Part shown: positions 34,765 through 47,864 of the stretch, piece by piece | How the letters are laid out: each line of letters opens with the position of its first letter | Numbering within the stretch: the stretch's first letter is position 1 | Origin: the human T2T-CHM13v2.0 reference genome, Homo sapiens | Length of the DNA: 64,000 bases | Assembly: GCF_009914755.1 (NCBI RefSeq) | Contig: NC_060944.1 | Reading direction: 5' to 3' (one strand) | Translations under genes and position numbers: made by a program | Notes under the pieces: model-generated | Database searches by the model: none | Seen by the model: only the letters and a program-made list of their open reading frames with translations | What the model was told of the DNA's origin: nothing

Positions 34765-35059
34765 GGCTGGGCGTGGTGGCTCATGCGTGTAATCCCAGCA
34801 CTTTGGGAGACCGAGGCGGGCAGATTACCTGAGGTCAGGAGTTCAAAACCAGCCTGGCAAACATGGTGAAACCCCATCTGTACTAAAACTACAAAAATTA
34901 GCTGGGCATGGTGGCGGGTGCCTGTAGTCCCAGCTACTCAGGAGGCTGAGGCAGGAGAATCACTTGAACCTGGGAGGCGGCGGTTACAGTGAGCCCAGAA
35001 CATGCCACTGCACTCCAGCCTGGGCAACAGAGTGAGACTCTGTCTCAAAAAAAAAAAAA
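34765..35059 (+). mobile_element. AluS
   Basis: TSD gttttgttag. Confidence 0.88.
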
Positions 35060-35799
35060 TGTTTTGTTAGAAGTTTTAGGCAGGGCCCAGGCTTCTGTAG
35101 TGGGGGGCCACATATGGTCCACAAGTGGCTGATTGGATGCTCAAGTGGAGTCCATTTCCAGCACAATTAATTTGGCTGAGATCATGGTTTTGATTTTCAC
35201 ATGGGACACACTGCCTCAGGCCAAGAATAATAATGAACACTTATGGAAAGCTGCCTCATTCAGGAACCCAATTAAGCACTTTTACAAAGACCATCTCATT
35301 TAATTTCCTCCACAACTCTGTGAAGTCTAAGAGTTGTATTACCCCATTGTTTCACTTTTCTATTACAACAATAATTCTGTATAAAAACACCCCAAAACCT
35401 AGTGGTTCAAAATCACCACCTATTATTTGCTTGTGGTTCTGTGAGTAACTGAGGCTGGGCTCAACTGGGCAGTCCTTCTGGTTTCTGCTGGGCTTCTTCC
35501 TCTTGTGTCTGTGGCCAGCTACAGGTCAGCAAGGCAACTTGGCTTCTGGGAGTTGGCTGGCTGTTGGCTGGAGAGATGGGAATTTTTGTTCTGTGTGGTC
35601 TCTCAGCCTCCAACAGGCTAGCCTGGGCTTATTTACATGTAGGGGGGTGGAGGTGGTGTTGAGAGTGGGAGACAGGTGGAACAGAGAGAGAAAGGCAACA
35701 GAAAGGCCAAGGCTTGTGGAGGTCTGCCTCAAAACTGGCACAACATGACTTTGCCACATTCTTTAGGCCAGAACAAGTCAGAAGGTCAGCCCAGATTTA

Positions 35800-36276
<477 letters not shown>

Positions 36277-36993
36277 TCATCTATGGTTCCTTTCATGCTA
36301 CAGTGGCAGAGTTGAATAGTAGCAATAGTGACCACGTGGCCCGCAAAGCCTAAAATATTCCCTGTCTGGCCCTTTCTAGAATACATGTGCTGCCCCCTGC
36401 CCTGCCCTGAGTTCTCTGAAGCCTCTATCCACATGGCTATGCTGTACCTTTAATGCAAACTGCCCTGACCTGGGGAAAAATGGTTTCTGTGGATGTTGTG
36501 TGTTTAAATGCCTGGACTAGTCTCCTCTCTGTGTGAAAACACCCTTGACTCCCACAGATTTCCTTGGCCTTCATGGTGATCCCTGTGGGCCCAGTCTTTG
36601 GTAGTCCTTTGCTTGGAGGAGGTGGCATGGGTTTGAGCTTCTGATCTTTAAGAGTAGGGACAGGTAAGACGAGAGCAGACAGGCCCTCTGGGAATTCAAG
36701 GCCCACACAGAGAGAAGCTGCCTGATGCCTGATCCCTCCCTGCCACGCAGCCGGGCACAGTCACAAAACAGTCCTGTTTGAAGTGGGTTATTAAGTATTG
36801 GCCCCAGGGCCAGGCCCTGGTAAGCCTGCCATTTCATCCAGCACTTTTCACCAAGCTTGCTGTTGAAGATTACTCAGGAAGGTGCCAGAGACACGATGAT
36901 GAGATCCAATTATTATTTAAATCTAGAGCTGGTCTTAGCAGGCTGAGGTTTACTGGGAAATAGACCATAACAAATAGAAGTATTGATGAGTTT

Positions 36994-37341
<348 letters not shown>

Positions 37342-37474
37342 TTATGTACTTAATTGGAACCACCTATACTATGTATTAAGCCAAAAGAACAAGATTCAGA
37401 ACAGCATGTGGTTTGCTACCATTTATGTTAAAAGAGGGCAGGGGTATTATATTATATTATATATTTTATTATAT

Positions 37475-37910
37475 ATGCAAATAATGCCCCCTAAAGATGT
37501 TCACGTACTGATCCCCAGCACCTGTGGCTGTTACATTACATGGATGGCAAGTAGGTATTAAGTTTGTTAGCTGACTTGAGATGCAGAGGTTAGCTGGGGT
37601 TATCAGAAGGCCCATTATAGAGTGAAAGAGGGAGGCAGCCCCAGAAAGATTACACCCGCCATTGCTGGCTTTGAAGATGGAGGAAGACAGCCAGGAGCTG
37701 AGGAATGCAGGCAGCCTCCAGAGGCTGGAAAGGGAAAGTCCTTCCTGCAGTCTCCAGAAGGAGCGCAGCCTTCCTGACCACACCTTGATTTGAGCTCACT
37801 GAGCCCCATTTCAGACTTCAGGCCTCCAGGACTGTGAGATAATGAATTTGTGTTAATGTCAAGCCTTTAGGTTTGTGGCAATTTATCACAGTAGCAGTGG
37901 GAAGCATATA
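37475..37910 (+). mobile_element. MLT1-type MaLR solo LTR
   Basis: aataatgccccctaaagatg ... ggcctccaggactgtgagataatgaatttg ... tttgtggcaattt. Confidence 0.7.
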
Positions 37911-37922
37911 TATATATATATA

Positions 37923-38321
37923 GTCTCACGTGTGTCCATGTGAAGACACCACCAAACAGGCTTTGTGTGAGCAACACGGCTATTTATTTCACCTGGGTGC
38001 AGGCGGGCTGAGTCCAAAAAGAGAGTCAGCAAAGGGTGGTGAGATTATCATTGGTTCTTATAGGTTTTAGGATAGGCGATGGAGTTAAGAGCAATGTTTT
38101 GGGGGAGGGGGTGGCTCTCACAAAGTACATTCTTAAGGGTTATAAAGATTATAAAGAATATTGATCAGTTAGGGTGGGGCGGAAACAAATCACAATGGTG
38201 GAATGTCATCAGTTAAGGCTATTTTCACTTCTGTGGATCTTCAGTTGCTTCAGGCCATCTGGATGTATACGTGCAGGTCACTGGGGATATGATGGCTTAG
38301 CTTGGGCTCAGAGGCCTGACA
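37923..38321 (-). mobile_element. LTR7-family (HERV-H) solo LTR flanked by (TA)n on both sides
   Basis: Minus strand begins TGTCAGGCCTCTGAGCCCAAGCTAAGCCATCATATCCCC and contains GACTCAGCCCGCCTGCACCCAGGTGAAATAAA. Confidence 0.9.
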
Positions 38322-38338
38322 TATATATATATATGTAG

Positions 38339-38676
<338 letters not shown>

Positions 38677-39777
38677 CCTTACGGTTATTTTAATAAGCCC
38701 TTACTGTTATTTTAATAACTGACTTGCCAAGTACCGGGAAAAATCCTCCTTGTCCAATAGCATTAGGAGGCTGTTCCTTACCAAGGGCCATGTTGAGTTT
38801 TAAAGCTCAATATGTAGTAAGGCCAATCTCCAGATCTTCACTATTCAAAGTGTGGTCATCGCCTGAGGGCTTTTTAGATATGCAGGGTATCAGCCCTACA
38901 CCAGTCCTTCTGAATCAGAATCTGTACTTTAATAAGATGCAGTGATTCGTGTGCACACTAAACTCTGAGAAACACTGATCCAGCCCATCTTCCTTGCCTA
39001 GGTGCATTAAGAGAATACCCCACACTCTTTAATCAATATGAAAATAAAGGCATGATTATTTCCGCCAAATTTTTCTTTCTCCTGCCTCCAAATTGTTCTC
39101 TGTTGCCACATAAGAGTCTCTTCCCCCTTCTTTTGGCAAAAATTCAAATGATCATCTTCAGAAGTCACCTTTCTCCTGATAACTTCCGATCACTTCTGTT
39201 CATGTCTCCCACAGCAAATTGTCCTAAGGAATTAACACACTTTCCCTTCTCCTTGTGAAGAGACAGCCTGAGACCAGAGACTGCCCCTTCTCCTGATGAG
39301 AAGATAGCCTGAGGCCAAAGACTGTCCCTTCCGTGTCCCTCCCTACTCCTCAAGCAGAGCCTCCACTCTTCAAACTTAACGGTCTCAACTGATTTCCTCA
39401 ATGACTTGATTTCTGTACGGACTTTTATTTGTGACATCAGGTTTCCCTAAACATCCAAGGGCATACTGGGCTCCTTAAATGACCTCACCCAACTATGACG
39501 TGGCACGAGGTGAAACAGTTTCCCAAAAGAACGCTTGTGCCTCCAGACCAGAATTGTCACACCTGAAGTTGTTTATTTGAGCAGCCTTGTCATTGGGCTT
39601 TCCAAAGCAGGCTTTGTACAGTGGCCACACCATGGTCTTGCATGATACTTGAATTTGGAAGGTTCCTGGTAGACGTAGAAACGGCCCAGACTGCCTGTTC
39701 AGAGCTAAGCATCATGGTAAGTTAAGGTACATTCTCTCCTAGTACACCTTGAGTTACCTAATAAAATAATCCAGAGC

Positions 39778-40118
<341 letters not shown>

Positions 40119-40322
40119 TCATCTGACATTTGAAACTGCCAGTGAAGTAAGGAAGGGCAGCTCTTTTCCACAAGCAAACATTACCTCTCTATGTCTATCT
40201 TGTAGTGGAGACCTCAAATGTGTCTGTCTTGGTAAGAATTCAGGAAGCAGTAGAGCTAGGTACCTGTGGTAGATATCACTAGAAACTTCAATTTCAACAA
40301 CGTGGTGAGTAGGATATAAGCT

Positions 40323-40691
40323 GTTGAGGTTCTGTGGCCATATCCCCACCCAAATCTCATTTTGAATTGTAGCTCTGACAATTCCCATGTGTCATGGAAC
40401 GGACCTGGTGGGAGGTAATTGAATCACAAGGGCAGGTCGTTCCCATGCTGTTCTTGTGATAGTGAATAAGTCTCACGTGATCTGATGGTTTTATAAAGAG
40501 GAGTTCCCTTACACAAGAGCTCTCTTTGCCTGCCTCCATGTAAGACGTGACTTTGCTCCTCCTTCATCTTCTGCCATGACTGTGAAGCCTCCCCACCCAT
40601 GTGGAACTGTGACCCAGTTAAACTTCTTTCCTTTATAAATTACCCAGGCTCGAGTATGTCTTTATCAGCAGTATGAAAAAGGACTAATACA
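40323..40691 (+). mobile_element. THE1 solo LTR
   Basis: tccccacccaaatctcattttgaattgtagct ... ggactaataca. Confidence 0.85.
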
Positions 40692-42380
40692 GCAGTTAAC
40701 ATGAACAACTCATACTCCAGAACATTCCACCCTAGATTTTCAGAGTAAAATCCAAGAGAACAGTGGAATCATAAGGGTGGGAGAGAAGTTCATGGGGCAG
40801 GAGGGGACCAAGACTGGGACAGTATATTTCATGGTTATATTTCTACAAGGATTACACTGGGGCTCCTCTTCCTTAGTACTGACCTTAACCGTTCAGATCA
40901 CGATTAAAACATTTCTTATCATCCCAAGGCCTATGGATTTGGGAGCCCCACAACAGTGTAAAGCCCTGAGTTAACAAAATATCATCATTTATAAAAGCTC
41001 TAAACTAGGCACAGCAACCGTATTTTTTTGGTTTTGTTTTTTTTAATCCAGATTCAGAAATTAGAAGCCTCTTTTTAAAATTGAAATGGGCCCAAGTGGT
41101 TAAGTCATGTTACTTGGCTCATGTGCCTATTGTTCTTGCTATGAAAACTAGCAACTTGTGGCAATGAACATAAAGCTTTTTTTTCCAATAGCTTTACTGA
41201 GATACAATTTATGAGGCATAAAGTTTACCCATTTTAAGTGTAGAAGTCAATGGTTTCAAGTGTATTTATGGAGTCATGCAACCATCACTGTCATTCAATT
41301 TCAGAATGTTTTCTTCCCTCCATGAACCCACTAGCAGATTCGCAGTCACTCCTCATGACCACCCCGACCCACTCGGGTAATAGGGAGCCTTTGACTAGCC
41401 ATTCACTCCATTTCCAAACAGTTTTTCATTCAAGGGCAGTGTAATTTTCACAGCATTGAACAAAACTTTCACCGGAAAGAGACAGAGGCAAAGCACCAGG
41501 CTGAGCTCCTCAGAGAAACTTGCTCTTTTGGTTACACTTACTTCATCCGCAGCTGCTCAATCAGAGACTCTCCCTGCCCCTGGCAGTCCAACTTCCCTCA
41601 GCAGGAGTCTGTTTTCAGGCTGCAGGGCTACAGAATGTGGTCATTCCCCCCACCTTAAAATATTCACATAAAGCAAATGCGTCCTCTCTGGGTAAATTCT
41701 GAGCCACGGGGGCAGGCGAATGTGAGTGTGTATATGTGTGCGCATGTGTGCATGGGAGTGTGTATGTGTACATGTGTGTGGTCGCCAACAGTTTGCAGCA
41801 CAAACATTCACATCGAATGTAAATCTTGCTGGTCTCCAAAGCCCTCACCTGGGGAAAGTCACCATACTGACGTTGTTTTACATTATTAATGACAGGGATG
41901 CAATGAGAAACCTTAGAAAAATCCAGAAATATCTGAAAGCTCAAACCCCACAGTAGTGTTATGAATATTTGTAGGCAAAGCACTCAGTTCTACAACTTAT
42001 TTTGCACACTTCTTATAATTCATATAATGCATTCAATATCAACTTATGGGTCCACATGTCAGCTTGATTATGCTGAAGAGCAAGTGAACCTCTAAACCAA
42101 ACTTTTTGTTCAGAAGGAAAAGCTCATCCAAGTTCTTCCTGTACTTGAGGAGCCAACTACCACTATCTTTTTGAAACTTGACAAGTGGTAATTTGTCCAG
42201 GGATTTAGCTATCAAGCCATCGAATCACAGAAGCAGTATCAGCCAAATGATGCCATAAACTGTTCTTTTTGATCATAAGACTGGGTTTCAGATAATTATC
42301 ATGTAATGTATACACTACACGTTTTGTTTCAGTAGCTCAATTGCAATTTCTAATGGAGCTTTAAAAAATTGATACATCAT

Positions 42381-42675
<295 letters not shown>

Positions 42676-43090
42676 TCATTACATCAGGTAGCTGATTTCT
42701 AGAGCAAACAAAAAGTTTAGGGGTCCCACAGAGTGCTATAGCCACGTGTGTCAGACTGTCACTCTCCATCACCCTCTCTGTGCGCTCCTCTGACTCTCTA
42801 AGGGGCCAGCTTGACCCCAGCCCTGGACAGGGCCCACAAGGAGTCATAAGACAAGATGGAATTGGTGGCAGAGGTTCCAGTGAACCCAGATCGACCCATC
42901 ACACTCCAGCCTGGGCCACAGAGTGAGACCTGTCTCAAAAAAAAAGATTGTTGTTGAGGCTGAACACAGTGGCTCACGCCTGTAATCCCCCCACTTTGCG
43001 AGGTCAAGGTGGGATCACTTGAGGCCAGGAGTTTGAGACCAGCATGGGCAACATAGTGGAGCCCCATCTCTACAAAAATTTTAAAATTGC

Positions 43091-44394
43091 CCAAAACCCA
43101 AGGTGGCGGCGTGGCCATCACTGGCCAGGATCACGGGCACAGTGCTGCGCTCTGTGGTGGCTCCTCACAGCCCTGCTCCAGACTCCCGTGCAGGCATCTA
43201 GTGGGACACGGCAAACTCAGGCTGCAAGGACATCCGGGCCCAGATGAGGAGAGTTTTCTGTGCTTCCCCTACGACAGCAACCTGCTGACTGAGAGATCCA
43301 CCTCCAAAACCCCTCGGTGGTGTTCTTCTACATGGCCCGCCTGCAGGCAAGAAGTGATGGAATTTATGTTGTCATGGAAGTTAATGTTTCAACTCAAGAA
43401 GAGAAATAACCTATCGACATTATCTGATGACAAATTACAAGAGTGTTTCCCATCCCCACAGTATAAAAAGGTTATTTGCATAGGTGCAAAAGAAAATGGT
43501 TTGCCACTGGAGTACAAAAAGAAGTTAAAAGCTGTGGGACCAAATGACCGTACAGGAAAGGTCTCAGAAGAAATTGAAGACATCATCAAAAAGGAATCAC
43601 GAACTCATTAGAACATAACAGAATATATCTAAGGATATTCCATGTACTAATGTAAAATACCATTTGAAAACAGGGATCTGGAGGATCTCCATGTTTGATC
43701 CATCTTCAACCGTGCTCTGAAGAAATATCGCATGTGGGTGATTCTTGTTTTCAGACTATAAAAATAAACTGGTTTAGGAGTTAAGCAATGTTATAAAAGA
43801 GGGTGATTACCTAGCACTTTGGGAGGCCGAGGTGGGCGGATCACTTGAGGTTAGCAGTTCGAGACCAGCCTGGCCAACATGGTGAAACTCCATCTCCACG
43901 AAAAATACAAAAATTAGCCAGGTGTGGTGGCACATGCCTGTAATCCCAGCTACTCAGGAGTCTGAGGCAGGAAAATCGCTTGAGGCAGAGGTTGCAGTGA
44001 GCCGAGATCGTACCACTGCACTCCAGCCTGTGCGACAGAGTGAGACTCTGTCTCAAAAACAAAAAACAAAAAAACAGAAACAAAAACAAAAAAAGAGGAC
44101 GATGAGGCCCTGGAATGTGTGACAAATGCATGTGAGTACCCCTTCGGTAAACACTTGAAGCTATTATTCTCTTGAGTTGATCTTCAGTGTTTCCTTGTTC
44201 TGGCAAAGGATAGATTTGCAGCTTGCTTGATGATGATACTGATGGTGCTGGTAAATTGCTCTGCTCTGGGTTTTAAAAAAATCAGCTTAACGAGAGTAAG
44301 TAATCTGCAGACAATTGATAATAACATTTTGAAACTGGAAAGATGGTATACTGTTTTTAGAGGAATAAATCTATTTGTGGTTAAAAAAATAAAT
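43091..44394 (+). pseudogene. GGCT: Processed pseudogene of gamma-glutamylcyclotransferase (GGCT), possibly the catalogued GGCTP2
   Basis: Intronless GGCT-like peptide: (ACG)ANSGCKD, GPDEESFLCFPYDSNLLTER, PSPQYKKVICIGAKENGLPLEYKKKLKAVGPNDRTGKVSEEIEDIIKK. Start ATG>ACG at 43208, several frameshifts, GC-rich 5' UTR, 3' UTR with AATAAA (~44364) and an A-rich tail. Confidence 0.92.
43808..44095 (+). mobile_element. 5'-truncated AluS inserted in the pseudogene 3' UTR
   Basis: TSD aaaagagggtgat/aaaagaggacgat. Confidence 0.85.
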
Positions 44395-45088
44395 AAAATT
44401 AGCCAGGTGTGGTGGTGGCGTGCATCTGTACTCCCACATACTCAGGAGGCTAAGGTGGGAGGATGGCTTGAGCCCAGGAATTCAAAGCTGCAATGAACTA
44501 TGAATGCACCACTGCATTCCAGCCTGAATGACAGACAGAGACTCTGTGTCTAAAAAAAACCCCAAAAGCCAAAACAAAATAAAAAAAATGTTTGTTGAAT
44601 GCATAATAACTTTTGATACTTTCCCTCAAAATGCAAGTTAGGAAATGAAGACACAGAACATCCCTCCCTCTGTTTCTCCTGAGTGCATTCAGTGCATCCC
44701 CTCAGTCTATCCTGTGCATCTGATTTATTTGAGAGGCTCTGCTCTGGGTGGCCCCACTGAAGACAGAGCATTTACCCCACTCAGAGTTTTCAAAAAGTTT
44801 TCATATGCACTTTCCCATTTGATATTCACAACCTCCCTGTGAGGGCCCATGTATCTATCCCCATCTCATAGACATTCATTGGACCTTGCTGGGAACATAG
44901 CCAGGAACCAACAAATGTTAATTACTCTTATTTTTCATGTCTTCTTTCCCATGTCTTCAATTGCCAAGCTACATTAATTAAATTTTTGCCTGTGACACTT
45001 TGTGCAATGAAACAAAGTTTGTAAATATAAATCAATTAATATTTGTTAGACACTTACAGGCTTGCAATGCCCCAGCCACCATATAATA

Positions 45089-45358
45089 GATACCAATCAG
45101 TAAATAAATAAATAAATAAGGAAGAAAGGGCAGCTTTTGCTTATGGAAGAATTATAATTAATATGTGTAGAAGGAATGAGGAAAATAGAAAATCACTGAG
45201 AAAAGCACAGTAATAATTGTTGGACTCACCAATGAATTCTAAAAGTATTCAGCAAAAGTTTGAGGAAAAACAGGATATTTGCAGACTCAAGTGTGTTCCC
45301 CAAAATGTTTATTAATTACAAAGAGAAATATAGTAATTTCAGAGCAGACAAATCCAAG
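45089..45358 (+). repeat. Direct duplicate of 49390-49649
   Basis: Near-identical ~260-270-bp segments ~4.3 kb apart. Confidence 0.93.
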
Positions 45359-47434
45359 CAGATCAGGGAGACATGACTACAAAGTTTAGTTTACTTTATA
45401 TAAAACAAATAGGTTAAAGAAATATCAGCAAACATTTTTGTCAGTTTTTCCCCAAATCAGATGTTTCACAGATGTGCCATCTGATTGTAGGGAGCACTTA
45501 TAAGCCCCAAAAATATTGTACCAATGAGGTGAGTGATAATTCCCATTCTTACTGAATTTCTTCTTGCCTGCAGGCTGGCTTCTCTAAGGTTTAGCCAGTT
45601 TTTTATTTTATGCTGTGTAATTTCTCCTTTACATAGATTATATGGAAACATCTCCATACAGTGAAGAATCATAAATTCCTGTTTCAGTAAACTCCAAATT
45701 AATAACTTCTAAAGATTTTATTTACCTGACAATTGAATATAATTCAGCCTGATATTGACTTCATAAACATCATCATGGATAGTAGAGAAAACATGCTATC
45801 AGAGAAATTAAACTGTTTTCACAATCCTGGGTTTGAAGCTCACTGACCTGAGCAATTGCCTAGAAAATCTGAGATTCTAAATTTTAAATTTAATCAAATA
45901 TTTTATGAAACCATAAGAACGCAAGAAAAAGGGGATACTGAGAAGCAAAAATCAAATGAAACAAAAAAAAGCAAATAGCAAAATAGCAGCAACTCAAACT
46001 ATATTAATAATCACATCAAATATAAATGGACTAAATAGTCAAAAGGCAGAGATTATCAAACTAGTTATAAAAGTTAAGAGCTAACTATATACTGTCTATT
46101 AGAGATGCAATTTAAGGTTAACCAACCCACATGGCTGAATGTCCTTACTTGGGAAAGAATATCCTAGAATGGCCACATCTTGGGAACTGAGGGACACATT
46201 ATCAAAATTGAGCAGATTTCTGTAAAAGTAAAGGGATTCAAGGGAAGGGGACCTACACTTTACCTCTTGATGGGAGGAGAATCAAAAAATTTGTGGCCAT
46301 TGAAAAAAACTGTTACAAGGGTAAATCTACCTATGTATACATTGGTTATGAGGATTAGAATTGAACGTAATGCATGTATTGGACACATGAATGAGAGGTT
46401 ACTAGTATAATTATTATGGCTGTTAAAATAGTGAATGATTGGAATGCAGTCTGGTCAGGTTGTTTTTTTAGCTTTAACCATCAGAACTTCAATATCATGT
46501 GGCATCTCAGCAGGAGATGTTCAGTAGCTTATTGCCTTGGGTCAGGTGCCCCAGAAGCAGACTCTTAATTGCAGAGTTGAATGTAAGCGACTCATTAAGG
46601 ACATGCTCACAGGAAGGCTGATGTGGAAGTAGGGATGGGCAAAGCAAATGTATGCTTTCAGGCAAAGTCCTGTGGCTCCAGCGTGATCCTACAGGGGAAC
46701 TCAGGAGTGTGAGTTATGCCTCAGAGTTTCCCTGACTCCAGGCAAAGGAAGTGGGCTGTCACACGCCTGCATCCTTCAGACTTTGGCCATGAACTGCCCC
46801 AGATAGAGGATATAAACTCACAGGCACTTCTAGCAACCTGAGTGTGGAAAAAGTGGCTCCAGTAGCCCGAGAAAAGACTTCCAAGAAGAGTCTCTGGTGT
46901 GAGTCGTGGGGTGCATACTCAAGGGAGTACAGACAAAACAGTTAAAGGGATCTGCAAGGGTCTGGCCAGAGCCCTGGCAGTGTCTACTGCACTTATTAAT
47001 ATTTATTATGCTGAATAGACATTAGGTTGGAGACTCTCAGCTAACACCCAGCTTGCCTGCTACAGGGCAGGGTCTTCTTTCATGTTTGTTAGGAAAGAAA
47101 TCTAACATCTTGACGGGCCACCATGTGTGAGGCCACACAATAAACAATTTAAAAAACACGACCTCATTCACTCTTTAGATGGCCTTAGGAAGAGAGTTTC
47201 ATATCCTTCTTTGAAGGATGAAGAATGCTCTAGAGAGACTTAGGATCTTGCCCAACGTCAAGTAGATAATAAATGGCGAAGCTGAGATTTGTACGCATGT
47301 GTGTCTGGCTCCCTGGCTGTTTCCTGAGAACTTGCTTGGGAAATAGAAAACCTTTATGAAATCCTCAGAGACCCTGAAAATTGTCTTCTCAAAATAATTT
47401 TACAACAAACTACAGTGAACCTATGTCCATTGCT

Positions 47435-47864
47435 GCTGTGTTCATTTTCTAGAGCTGCCATAACAACAAACTGGGTGGCCGAAAACGATGGAAATTTGTT
47501 TTCTCACAGTTCTGGAGGCCAGGAGTCCAAAACCCAAGGTGTTGGCACAGCCGTGCTCCCTCTGAGGGTGCTAGGGAAGGAAATGCTCCAGGCCTCTCTC
47601 CCGGCTTCTGGAAGCCTTAGTCTTTCTGGGGCAGTAGCTGCTTCACGTGATCCTCTGTAATCACACAGCGTTCTCCCTGTGTCTCCACACCATTGCCCTC
47701 TGCATGTATGTTCAAATTTGCCTTTTTTACAAGGGTACCAGTGACCCCATCTTAACTTAGCTAAATCTGCAAAGATTCTATTTCCAAGTAAGCTCACAAT
47801 CTGAGATACTAGAGATAGGATTTCAACATATGTTTTTTGAGGAATACAATTCAACCCATAGCAG
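47435..47864 (-). mobile_element. MLT1-type MaLR solo LTR
   Basis: agagctgccataaca ... ctcacagttctggaggc ... caattcaacccatagca. Confidence 0.75.

Larger units (their letters stand above)
42958..44587 (+). mobile_element. AluJ split by the GGCT retrocopy (left arm ~42958-43090, right arm ~44390-44587)
   Basis: Left arm ends ctctacaaaaattttaaaattgccc. Right arm starts taaaattagccagg. Confidence 0.8.
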
